NCBI GenBank assembly: GCA_050012255.1
Contig: JBEKHN010000008.1
Location: 32,585-96,584, forward strand
Source of the DNA: Candidatus Bathyarchaeia archaeon
GTDB taxonomy: Archaea; Thermoproteota; Bathyarchaeia; Bathyarchaeales; Bathycorpusculaceae
Direction: 5' to 3'
DNA: 64,000 bases
The first letter of the stretch is position 1; each line of letters begins with the position of its first letter. Below the pieces are notes generated by a model, which made no database searches, was not told the DNA's origin, and saw nothing but the letters and a program-made list of their open reading frames with translations. The translations under genes were made by a program, and so were the position numbers. This document shows positions 50,554-59,698 of this stretch, piece by piece.

Positions 50554-51016
50554 CACATATGCCTCCAGAGGCTGGGTTGATGAGGAGATGTGCGTAGGCT
50601 TCGGGATAATCCGCATCGCCGTATGGTTCAACAATGTCGTGCGGTGAATCCTTCGACGCAAATGCTTGCGAGTACTCGGGCGATGGATTTGTCCGATAGG
50701 CGTCCGAATACGGTTTCTGGAACTCTTGCAGAATCCTGCACATTTCAGGGCTCAGAAAGCCTAGGACTTGGTAGAAATGGTCGTACGCGTCTGCTAGCCG
50801 TCCGTAGAGATATAGTAGACTGTTCCAAGCGTTCGTCTGTTTTAGTGCTGGAAGCGTCGTCCACGGCAGATATTTCTCGACTCTGAATCCTCTCGCGCGT
50901 CCGCCACCAGTCACAACTTGAACAGGGTAAAGGATAGGCTTCATTGCTGGTCTGAACTTCTGCAACGGAAACCTAAATCCACAGATCGGACACGTTAGCG
51001 AGTACCATCGTTTCAA
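50546..51016 (-). CDS. Hypothetical protein with N-terminal CxxC and GGGRARGF motif
   Basis: LTCPICGFRFPL...VVTGGGRARGF; first gene of a coupled minus-strand run. Confidence 0.6.
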   Translation of the reverse strand: MKRWYSLTCPICGFRFPLQKFRPAMKPILYPVQVVTGGGRARGFRVEKYLPWTTLPALKQTNAWNSLLYLYGRLADAYDHFYQVLGFLSPEMCRILQEFQKPYSDAYRTNPSPEYSQAFASKDSPHDIVEPYGDADYPEAYAHLLINPASGGICDE

Positions 51017-51055
51017 TGTTCATACGCCTTAGCCCGCGCTAAGAAAGAGATAAGT

Positions 51056-51460
51056 GTGGAAACACATTATATGCCCAAGGGGTGGACTATGAACTGCGAC
51101 GAACTCTTTGAACTGCTAAGGCAAAAGGCTCCGACAAAGGAAAGTTGTATGACAAAGTCTAAGCCTCGAGTTGAGGCTGAAAAAAGACTAAGTGGGATTG
51201 GTGGTTCTAGGTTAAACGCGTGTTTAGAACAGCTTCAGGGCGATGGAAAAGTGAAACAATATTTGAAGTGCGTGCAAACGTGTGATTGTTATTATGATCC
51301 ACCAGTTGCCTTCGACTGGCGACCGCTATGGCTATTTGGCGCAGTTGTGGTTCTGGGCGTATTGATTTGGCAAGCGAGCAAGAAATCGGGTGGAACGTAT
51401 AACTCATGCGAAAAATATGTTCCACTTCGTTATGTAGTAATAGGCACGTTGCCAAAATAG
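51056..51460 (+). CDS. Hypothetical protein, wHTH-like N-terminus plus single TM helix
   Basis: RLNACLEQLQGDGKV...WRPLWLFGAVVVLGVLIW; divergent from the cassette. Confidence 0.55.
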   Translation: METHYMPKGWTMNCDELFELLRQKAPTKESCMTKSKPRVEAEKRLSGIGGSRLNACLEQLQGDGKVKQYLKCVQTCDCYYDPPVAFDWRPLWLFGAVVVLGVLIWQASKKSGGTYNSCEKYVPLRYVVIGTLPK

Positions 51461-51597
51461 AACAGAACTCTCGCGGCTTGCTTCAACTTTCTAAGGAAAA
51501 TCGTTATTCCAACAATCGGTCAGAGACTCAATCTGGAACCTAGAGGAAACTGTGATCTTGTAGACGAAGTGCGGTTCCTTGGTTCGTCTGAACAGAA

Positions 51598-51695
51598 CTA
51601 GTATATATGCTATCTAACGCGTGTTTTCTACCTGCCTCCAAGACGGCGCAAGCAGGTCTAGTATATATACTATTTTTGTATACCCCCTCCCACCC
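51598..51695. repeat. Two near-identical palindromes 60 bp apart, then a C-tract
   Basis: CTAGTATATATGCTA (51598) and CTAGTATATATACTA (51658), then TACCCCCTCCCACCC (51681). Confidence 0.55.
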
Positions 51696-51725
51696 TTCGT
51701 CTCCACCTGAAGATGCCTGTATGCG

Positions 51726-52100
51726 CTACTTTGAAATCTGCGAAACCAACCCTAGACACTTGCAGGTTCCGAATAACCCACTTCTTAGAAACAACTTGCC
51801 AAGCGCGCGCGTTGAGGAGCCAGCACCATGCTTTAGGATTCCATCAAAAAATACTCTCTTTCTCGTTAGACCTTTTTCATGCCATATGTGAATTCCATGG
51901 GTCTTATCAACGTGCTCTAGAAAGAGAATAATGTTCTTGAAAAAAAGTTTGCAGTCTGCACAACGGAAACCAGAAATGTTATGATATTTCTGCACTTCAA
52001 CTCCATGTTTGCTCCAAATATGGTCAAGAACTGAGGATATTTGTTTCAACGGTAGGTCACTACAATTATGGCACAAATATCTGACCATAAATAAGTTCAC
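51726..52100 (-). CDS. Tandem C2H2 zinc-finger protein
   Basis: YLCHNC..HIWSKHG and FRCADCKLFF..LEHVDKTHG; AT-rich. Confidence 0.7.
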   Translation of the reverse strand: MNLFMVRYLCHNCSDLPLKQISSVLDHIWSKHGVEVQKYHNISGFRCADCKLFFKNIILFLEHVDKTHGIHIWHEKGLTRKRVFFDGILKHGAGSSTRALGKLFLRSGLFGTCKCLGLVSQISK

Positions 52101-52365
52101 ATGCCCTAATCGGCAATATTGCTTGAACTATAATAACATTGTCAATGAGTTGCTTGGCGACGGAGCAGCGCGCGCGCTCCTCGGCGTGATCTGGCGCATG
52201 CTTGTACAGTAGAGGGACGTTCATTCACATTCTGATGCAAATTTGGAGAAGTTCGCCATGTAGTTATTGACCTTTCAGTTTTCTGAGATTTTGCACCGGT
52301 GATTGAGAATTTGTCTATGAAGACTATGAGGGCTCTCTGTTTGGTCTCCGTCAGGGCAAAACCAT

Positions 52366-53694
52366 CTAAATGTGCGGGTGAACTATGACAGTATAAGTTG
52401 GGCGAGGACGTTTTCTTCTTCTGCGGATCCTGTCCAGACAAAAGATGAGGAACAGCATAATCAGACCTGCAACCACTGCTAATCCGACTATTATCGAGAA
52501 AACCAGCCAGTCACGTGTTGGGAAAAGTGGGGGGGCCACCCGAGTTTTGACTTCCACTATTCCATCGACGTAAGAATTGTCCAAAGGCGTAGGGTCTCCG
52601 GGAAGAGGTGCCGAGGCGCTTATCTGATAGAAGCCTGGGTTAACTAGGCTCGTGTTCCAAGTGAAAGCGAACGTATCTTGCGCGAAAGGTGCAAGCGCAA
52701 CACCATGCCGTGTTTCAATCAAGGTTGAATTGTAATAAGTGCTCAGATCAAATGTTGCCGACTCGTTGCCCTCGTTGACGACTGTGACATCTAATCCAAG
52801 CGTATCGCCGATGAAAACCGCAGGACTGGACAACTTGATGTTTGTTATAGCAATGTCTATTTCGGTTATTTGAAATGTTGTGTATATGGCGGGACTGTAA
52901 AGTCGGCCTCCGCTTTCTGGGGGCGCCGTGAACGGGGCAGCTGAAACATTTGCGAGACCACCGTCTGCAGAAATAGGAATTTGTGAGGCTGCTTTTACGT
53001 TATTTCTTCCTGGTTGGAAAAGCATGTCTTCCACCTGTATGTGAATTATTGGATGTTGCTTCGAGTCTTGGACATCGATCGTAATCGTTGCAGATTTTGC
53101 TGTTAAGGCTATGTTTTCTACCGTCAGGTTAAACACTATCGGGTTCTCTCTAGCGAACACTGATTGACGCTGTAGCAGAGGGTTCAGAGTTGCAATCTCG
53201 GTTATTCTGATTATCCAGCCGACCCGAAAAGTCAAACTATCTACTACCACTTGACCTGCGATGCTGACAGTAGCTATGACACTCCATTCGCCAAAGATTA
53301 CATCCTCGGGATCTTCAGGAGGCCATGGTATTCTAAATGAAAATGTTGTCGTTCCATTTTCGTCAGTCCGTCCTGAGCCTACGATTGTGATGTTTTGGAA
53401 AGGATTTGGTGGACCAATGATCTCGAAGGCTACGTCTTTCTGCTGCACGGGATAACCGTTGTATGTTGCAAGTGCATGTAAAACTACCAGTTCTTGAGGC
53501 TCAAAAGAGTCACTGGACTGGTTTGCGCCCATGCCGTTGAAGGGAGTCTTTTCAGTGTAGAGATCGATGGCTGCGCCAGTTTGTGCGTAGGCAAAACCAT
53601 GTTTCAAGTTTGGAGGGAGCGAGCAAATCAAGATGATTGACACTGCCAAAGCTAACGTAAGCGTTCTATGTGCTTTTTCCGTTCTCCTACACAT
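52366..53694 (-). CDS. Membrane-anchored surface protein (shared Ig-like domain plus CARDB)
   Basis: TYNGYPVQQKDVAF...GRTDENG domain, CARDB (DIAITNI...VTVVNEG..ATFDL...FTWNT), TM plus RRRRKRP. Start reassigned to ATG 53694. Confidence 0.82.
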   Translation of the reverse strand: MCRRTEKAHRTLTLALAVSIILICSLPPNLKHGFAYAQTGAAIDLYTEKTPFNGMGANQSSDSFEPQELVVLHALATYNGYPVQQKDVAFEIIGPPNPFQNITIVGSGRTDENGTTTFSFRIPWPPEDPEDVIFGEWSVIATVSIAGQVVVDSLTFRVGWIIRITEIATLNPLLQRQSVFARENPIVFNLTVENIALTAKSATITIDVQDSKQHPIIHIQVEDMLFQPGRNNVKAASQIPISADGGLANVSAAPFTAPPESGGRLYSPAIYTTFQITEIDIAITNIKLSSPAVFIGDTLGLDVTVVNEGNESATFDLSTYYNSTLIETRHGVALAPFAQDTFAFTWNTSLVNPGFYQISASAPLPGDPTPLDNSYVDGIVEVKTRVAPPLFPTRDWLVFSIIVGLAVVAGLIMLFLIFCLDRIRRRRKRPRPTYTVIVHPHI

Positions 53695-54198
53695 GCGTTT
53701 TCCTTCTTGCCGGCGTATTACGAGCGCGCGCGCTGATTTAGCGAAACCTCTCCATGTCACCATGAATGACTTTAGGGGGCGACCTATTTAGTCTCTTATG
53801 GAAGACTCCTCTATGTTGCATGGATTGACGCATCTCAGCCATCCTGTCTTAGGGCATTTTGGTAGAAAAGGCGTGCTTCAGTCTTGTAATATGTCGTGAG
53901 AAACAATATGCTGATGGCCAGTTACCAAAGGACTACCTCTTCTATTAGATCATGTAATAATCGAGTCGGAGAATTCAGTGTCGGAGGATCGTAGACGGTG
54001 CGGGCGTAAGATTATGTTGAAAACCATGGAGTTCTGCAAATCACATGAGTGGGGCAGATCCTTTGTTAGCGCGCACTTTGGCGTTGATGGGGAGGATTGA
54101 ACTTAGTAATAGATCATGAGTCGTAATACTGCTTAAATATCGCCTCGGCCAGAAGCTTGTTTAAGGGAAACCAGGCTCTATCGCCAAATCACTGAGAG

Positions 54199-54810
54199 TT
54201 GATTGTTTTGTGGAACAGATTTGTCAAGAAAGTGATACTCACGCTCTTGTTTATGATCGTGTTAATGTTAGTGCTCGGCTTTTGTGGTTATGCAGCAGGA
54301 GGGAGGGTGGTAGATGTCTACACGCAAAGAGGAGGCGTGGGCCCGAACGTCAACGGAGGAGATTTTGCAGTTGGTGAGCAAGTCATTCTAAATGCTATTG
54401 CGACTTACAATGGTTTTCCGGTCCAGCACGTGGCCATTGCATTTCAAGTATTTAATCCGAATGGCGGAACCGAGGCGCTACTCTCAGCTCTGACCGACGA
54501 AAACGGCACCGCACGAACAGATTTCCGAGTACCTTATCTTCCTACAAGCGAAGGAGTATGGACAGTCGTTGCCACTGTCGACATTTTCTCTGAAAACGTG
54601 TCAGATACTGTCAGCTTCAGAGTTTCACTTTTTCAAGTTGTTGGAGGCTACGCATTTCCTGTACAAATGACAAACGCCGAAAGGCCATTGACTCTGTACT
54701 TGACTTTGCTGGTGATTTCCGCAACTGTTCTCTCATTGACTAATCGCTTAGCATTCAAGAAAACAGAACGCTTAAGAAAACGCGCATATCTCCATGAACG
54801 CAAAGGTTGA
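54199..54810 (+). CDS. Surface protein with the shared Ig-like domain and a VGGxxxP-TM-basic C-terminus
   Basis: VDVYTQRGG.GPN...TYNGFPVQ...TDENG; tail VVGGYAFPV-TM-KKTERLRKR. Confidence 0.78.
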   Translation: MIVLWNRFVKKVILTLLFMIVLMLVLGFCGYAAGGRVVDVYTQRGGVGPNVNGGDFAVGEQVILNAIATYNGFPVQHVAIAFQVFNPNGGTEALLSALTDENGTARTDFRVPYLPTSEGVWTVVATVDIFSENVSDTVSFRVSLFQVVGGYAFPVQMTNAERPLTLYLTLLVISATVLSLTNRLAFKKTERLRKRAYLHERKG

Positions 54811-55203
54811 ACTCTGGTCGAGGCTCGTCCACACTAAAAAGGATCAACGGTCTCCAAGAAGGCCACGGATAGTAGGCTTCTTAGAACATTAGTCAAATCT
54901 TCAACGTCGGAAATGGACATTAGAATGCGCCCAAACATATCGGCAAAATGTGCAGTGGACGCTGGAATTGCTTATATATGAGATGCATAAGTCAACAACA
55001 GCCGATACGCTGACGTAATAATGCTGGCAAAGCATTTCGGAGAAGAGCACCAGTAACATTCTGGCTGGTGCTTAAGACAGCCTTTTGCGAAATGAAATGC
55101 GTGAATGAATTTACCAGTTATAGATGTGATCAAGGCGACTTTGAAACTTGAACACCGAAGAAGGTAATAGAACTCTTCGTTCAATTCGTCTTTCATAGAA
55201 TAA

Positions 55204-55222
55204 GATTCCAGAATGTATTTAT
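55204..55222 (+). promoter_or_regulatory. ATTC-CA-GAAT box plus TATA
   Basis: GATTCCAGAATG-TATTTAT upstream of the dockerin protein gene. Confidence 0.55.
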
Positions 55223-55256
55223 TCTCAAGGTTGCAGTGCTAGACTAGGAGAGACTG

Positions 55257-56249
55257 ATGTTCACAAGAGTTATACCAGTACTGTTGATTGTTGTGCTCGT
55301 TTTATTTTTCCCTGTTAGGCCTTCGCTTGCAGTCGTCACGTTGACGCTAACGGTCACCACCAACAAGCCAACATACCGTTTTGCCGATACTGTATATGTT
55401 AGCGGAGGCTTGTTCTGGCTTCCCAACTACTTCCCCGCGACGGACGGAATCGTCGGAGTCGAAGTTAAAGAATCCTCAGGCCAGCCATTTATATTCCGAA
55501 CCGTACCTACTGGCCCAGTCTCTTCACAAAACTGGCTTGTCAACTTCACTGAATTCTATCCGTGCGACTGGAGGGGAATTCCGAAATACAGTTTCCAAGC
55601 AAGAGAAGCCGTCTATGTACACGCTGCATGGAGGAATTTTGACACGATACTCGCCCACACTGTCGAATATGCCGTCAATATCTACGATGCAAATTCCATT
55701 CCACTCGGTATTTTCTTATTCTCAATTATTCTTGCGCCAAATTCCGCGGAATCTCCCATCGAGTTCATGGCCAGTATGATTCCAGCATCGACCGTCGGAA
55801 ACGTTACGCTGTACGCGAGCCTGTTCTCTGATTTGCCCGAGAACGGTGGCTACCCATACTGCCCAGAACTAAATGCAACATTCACAATTGCCACGCCAAC
55901 TAACAATCCTCCCTTTGAAAGCAGCTCAGGCGGAACCTACAACTTTTCTTTCAAATTGCCAACAGGTGGAATACCTGTCGGAAACTACACTGTCTACGCT
56001 AACACCAACTACTATGCCATAGGCACCTACTACTATGTCGCAAGCAATGCAACATTCGCTATAATTCTGCAGGGAGACATAAACGGAGACGGGGTTGTAG
56101 ACATCTACGACGCGATCCAGATGGCAAAAGCCTTCAACACCGCACCTGGGAACCCTAAATGGAACCCAAATGCAGACCTGAATCACGATGGCTTCGTTGA
56201 TATTTACGACGCCATTATTCTTGCTAACAACTTTGGAAAGGGCGGTTAG
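55257..56249 (+). CDS. Secreted Ig-like protein with C-terminal dockerin
   Basis: LTVTTNKPTY..., ends GDINGDGVVDIYDA...WNPNADLNHDGFVDIYDAIILANNFGK. Confidence 0.88.
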   Translation: MFTRVIPVLLIVVLVLFFPVRPSLAVVTLTLTVTTNKPTYRFADTVYVSGGLFWLPNYFPATDGIVGVEVKESSGQPFIFRTVPTGPVSSQNWLVNFTEFYPCDWRGIPKYSFQAREAVYVHAAWRNFDTILAHTVEYAVNIYDANSIPLGIFLFSIILAPNSAESPIEFMASMIPASTVGNVTLYASLFSDLPENGGYPYCPELNATFTIATPTNNPPFESSSGGTYNFSFKLPTGGIPVGNYTVYANTNYYAIGTYYYVASNATFAIILQGDINGDGVVDIYDAIQMAKAFNTAPGNPKWNPNADLNHDGFVDIYDAIILANNFGKGG

Positions 56250-56265
56250 AATCGTCGATGGAACT

Positions 56266-56285
56266 GGATTCCAGAATCCTTATTA
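56266..56285 (+). promoter_or_regulatory. Palindromic GGATTC-CA-GAATCC box plus TATA
   Basis: Perfect 6-bp inverted repeat directly followed by TTATTA, ~40 bp before the adaptor scaffoldin. Confidence 0.6.
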
Positions 56286-56326
56286 CAAGCATGAACAAGA
56301 AGTGATCACACTGAGGAGAGAAGAAT

Positions 56327-58216
56327 ATGCTAAAAAGGTTAATGACAATCTTGTTCATCGTTCTTGTGACTTCACTTCTGTGCTTTGTTGTGATCCCTTA
56401 TGCTCACGCCAGCTCTCCGATAAGAGTCTACGTCGACCCTCCACAGGTGGTAAATCAAGCACTCGTCCCCAACACGACATTCAACGTGTCAGTCAAAGTT
56501 GACAACGTCTCACTAAGCAACAACCTCGTCGGCATTCAATTCAACCTGACATGGGACCAGAATTTGCTCCAAGGCGTAAGCATGCAAGAGGTGGTCTTCC
56601 ACGAAACCGTGCCGCCATCAGACTACGGTAACATTTGGGCCCTCACAAGCACCGTGGCTAACAACTCTGTAGTCTATGCTTACACCTACCATGACTTGGA
56701 CGCCGCAATGGCCGCTGGATATGCGCCAATATCAGGAAACCACACCATAGCCAACATAACCCTGAAGGTCAAAGGCACGGGAAAGTGTTCCCTGCACTTC
56801 GCCATCTCAAAACTGGGCGACCCAGTAGGCTCCCCCATTGGTCACGACACCTTCGACGGATTCTTCAGCAATCTTCCACCGCCGCCGCCGGCTCTGTTTT
56901 ACGTTGCCCCGTCAGCGATTTCAAACGTCAGTCTCATTCCACCCGACAACTTCACGGTGGACGTCAGCATCGTAAACGCGTCAGGCGTGTACGGGCTCGA
57001 ATTCCAGCTCAGCTTCAACACAAGTATACTATCAGCAAATTCGATCACGCCGGGAAGTTTCATTCCTGGTTCCGTGACACCTTCAACAGAGGTAAACAAC
57101 ACGGCTGGCTTCGTGAAGTTCAACGTTTCCCTTTCAAGCTCATTGGACGGCAGCGGAGCTTTAGCGACGATCAGCTTCCAAGTTCAGGCCTTAGGACATA
57201 CGGCGCTTCATCTTTACGGCGTCAGGCTCGTGGACTCGTCAGGTCAAGCCTTACCCTACGCGACTGCAGACGGCAGCTTCGACAACGTTCTGCTGGCCAA
57301 ACTTGCGGTGGACCCATCACTGATAATTGATCCAACGCTGGTGCCCCCAGCCACGTTCATGATCAACGTGACGCTTGCAGAAGTCAGAGACCTTTACGGC
57401 TACCAATTCAATTTGACCTATGACCCAAACGTGCTCATCTGTCTTCAAGTCCAAATCCAAGATGTCCTAAACGAAACATATTATATTCCAAACCAAAGCA
57501 TCGACAACCTGAAAGGATTCATATTCATAAACGTCACGTACTATCAGCCCGGACTCCCGCTTAACATTGATTCGCCTGTGCTCGTCGTTGCGATCAAGTT
57601 CAGGGTCAAATCAATGGGAGCTACGAACCTGACCCTCACAGACACAGGCCTGGTCGATTCAACAGGTCAACCCATAACACACGAAGTCTATAATGGATTC
57701 TTCCAAAGCCTAATCGTTGACATAGGGGTTGTCGACCTCTTTGCGTCACCAACGGAGTTTTACAAGGGTCAGAGCACGAACATAACTTGCACCGTCACGA
57801 ATGAAGGGAACAGCACCCAGAGTTTCGTTTTGAACCTCTATTACAACAGCACTCTGCTAGCCACCGTGAACGTCACGAGCCTTGCTCCCAGCACGAACGC
57901 AACGATAACAGTTACGTGGAGCACAACGGCTGTCTCACCGGGCAAATATGTACTCAGCGCACAGGTTCCGCCGCTTCCATTCGAAACCCACATTTCAGAC
58001 AACAATCTAACCGACGGCATGGTCAAAGTGAAGATCCCAGGAGACATAAACGGAGACGGTGCTGTCGACATCTACGACGCATTGCTTGCGTCTACAGCAT
58101 TCGGCTCCAGCCCAGGAAATCCCAACTGGAACCAAGCGGCTGATCTGAACGGCGACGGCACAGTCGATATCTACGACATGATCATTCTCGCAGGCCATTT
58201 CGGACAAGGAATCTAA
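56327..58216 (+). CDS. Adaptor scaffoldin: three cohesins, CARDB and C-terminal dockerin
   Basis: Three FxVxV..NV..L.G.QF.L.[WFY][DN]...L repeats, CARDB (DIGVVDL...TVTNEGNSTQSF), dockerin GDINGDGAVDIYDA...ADLNGDGTVDIYD. Confidence 0.88.
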   Translation: MLKRLMTILFIVLVTSLLCFVVIPYAHASSPIRVYVDPPQVVNQALVPNTTFNVSVKVDNVSLSNNLVGIQFNLTWDQNLLQGVSMQEVVFHETVPPSDYGNIWALTSTVANNSVVYAYTYHDLDAAMAAGYAPISGNHTIANITLKVKGTGKCSLHFAISKLGDPVGSPIGHDTFDGFFSNLPPPPPALFYVAPSAISNVSLIPPDNFTVDVSIVNASGVYGLEFQLSFNTSILSANSITPGSFIPGSVTPSTEVNNTAGFVKFNVSLSSSLDGSGALATISFQVQALGHTALHLYGVRLVDSSGQALPYATADGSFDNVLLAKLAVDPSLIIDPTLVPPATFMINVTLAEVRDLYGYQFNLTYDPNVLICLQVQIQDVLNETYYIPNQSIDNLKGFIFINVTYYQPGLPLNIDSPVLVVAIKFRVKSMGATNLTLTDTGLVDSTGQPITHEVYNGFFQSLIVDIGVVDLFASPTEFYKGQSTNITCTVTNEGNSTQSFVLNLYYNSTLLATVNVTSLAPSTNATITVTWSTTAVSPGKYVLSAQVPPLPFETHISDNNLTDGMVKVKIPGDINGDGAVDIYDALLASTAFGSSPGNPNWNQAADLNGDGTVDIYDMIILAGHFGQGI

Positions 58217-58330
58217 AAAACCTCCATTCCTTTTTTTCTAGATCTTCAAAAGCCCCAATTCAATGTTTCCGCAGGAATGTCGATAAACTTAAATGTTGCC
58301 CTCCCCACTTCTTGTTTCAAGGTGTAAAAT

Positions 58331-59548
58331 TTGAAACAAACCAAGGCAACCGCTTGCGTTGCACTGCTTCTCCTGATAATGACGCTTGGTTTCTGCATCC
58401 AAATCCAAAGATCACATGCAGCAGATCAAGCGGTCTTCCGAGTCTCTCCTGCGACGCAGACTGTTGCAGTGGGAGAAGTCTTCAACGTTACAATTGAGGT
58501 TAACATTCCACCATCTCTAGGTGCCGCAGGTATTCAATTCAACCTGACATGGGATCCGGCAGTTCTGACTGGAGTTAACTTGACTGAGGTCCTTTTTCAC
58601 AATGTAACGCCTCCGTCTGAATGGGACAACATCTGGACATTAAAGAATGAGATAAACAATACAGTGGGCTATGCATTTTACGGTTACCTTTTCCAGTCCA
58701 GTTCAAGAGCTACCGACTATAGTCCCCCATATGCCCCAATACAAGGCAACTACACAGTGGCGACAGTGACTCTAGAAGGAAAAAGCACTGGCTTCTCTTC
58801 CTTGACCTTTAATACAGGAATCCATGGACTGAAGGTTGGCGATGTAAATGGAGATCCAGTACCCGCAACTGGCGTCGGAGGCACCGTGAAAGTCGGCAGC
58901 CCGATTCCTCAAATAACGATTATTTCGCCAGGGAACACTACGTACGGCACAAGCACTGTGAACCTGAATTTCACGCTGACAGAGCCCGAGCCTTGGATTG
59001 GCTACAGCCTCGACGAGAACGCGAATGTAACGATTGCAGGAAGCACGAACATATCTGCCTCAGACGGACAACACAGTATCGTCATCTACGCAAACGATTC
59101 AGTAGGCCGAACGGGAGCGTCGGACAAAGTCTATTTCGCCGTAGATACGTTGTCTCCAGTCGCCTTATTCACGTACTCTCCGTCGCCTCCCAATGCATCA
59201 TACGCGTTTGGGAACTTCAGATGGGATCTTGTCTTCAACGCATCCGCGAGCCACGGCGCCTTTTCAAACATCACAACCTACTTCTGGGACTTCGGCGACG
59301 GCACGAACGCAACAGGCATCGTTGTGGCCCACGAATACAGAATATCAGGAACCTACAGTGTGAAGCTGAACATCACAAACTCGGTAGGCCATTCCAATGC
59401 AACGGTCGAAACCGTAACGCTCAACGCCGGCTCTGAGCCTTTGAACGTCCCATTGCTACTCGTGACAGGCATCGTGATTCCTGTTGTATGGGTGCCCCTA
59501 CTTCTGTTCTACTTCATGAGAACGAGAAGAAAAAGAAAGAAAACCTAG
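58331..59548 (+). CDS. Membrane-anchored scaffoldin: cohesin, Ig-like, PKD and TM
   Basis: FNVTIEV...GIQFNLTWDPAVL cohesin, YSLD Ig domain, PKD YFWDFGDG, TM plus RRKRKK. Confidence 0.85.
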   Translation: MKQTKATACVALLLLIMTLGFCIQIQRSHAADQAVFRVSPATQTVAVGEVFNVTIEVNIPPSLGAAGIQFNLTWDPAVLTGVNLTEVLFHNVTPPSEWDNIWTLKNEINNTVGYAFYGYLFQSSSRATDYSPPYAPIQGNYTVATVTLEGKSTGFSSLTFNTGIHGLKVGDVNGDPVPATGVGGTVKVGSPIPQITIISPGNTTYGTSTVNLNFTLTEPEPWIGYSLDENANVTIAGSTNISASDGQHSIVIYANDSVGRTGASDKVYFAVDTLSPVALFTYSPSPPNASYAFGNFRWDLVFNASASHGAFSNITTYFWDFGDGTNATGIVVAHEYRISGTYSVKLNITNSVGHSNATVETVTLNAGSEPLNVPLLLVTGIVIPVVWVPLLLFYFMRTRRKRKKT

Positions 59549-59698
59549 CCGCACAGTTGCTCTTCCAATCTATCCATTAGCAAGGCTCCAAACAGAGAAC
59601 TTGGTTGCTTTCGAGATGTCAATCGTAAAATGCTCTGACGGTTCGCTGTTCGTCAACAATAAGTGTTAAATACTCCCAACTAGGAAATCATAAAAAAG

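Noticed and set aside
46863-58210. Diversity-generating retroelement TR/VR pair among similar dockerin sequences
   Set aside because: No reverse transcriptase in the window, and differences are not adenine-specific. Ordinary paralogy explains them.
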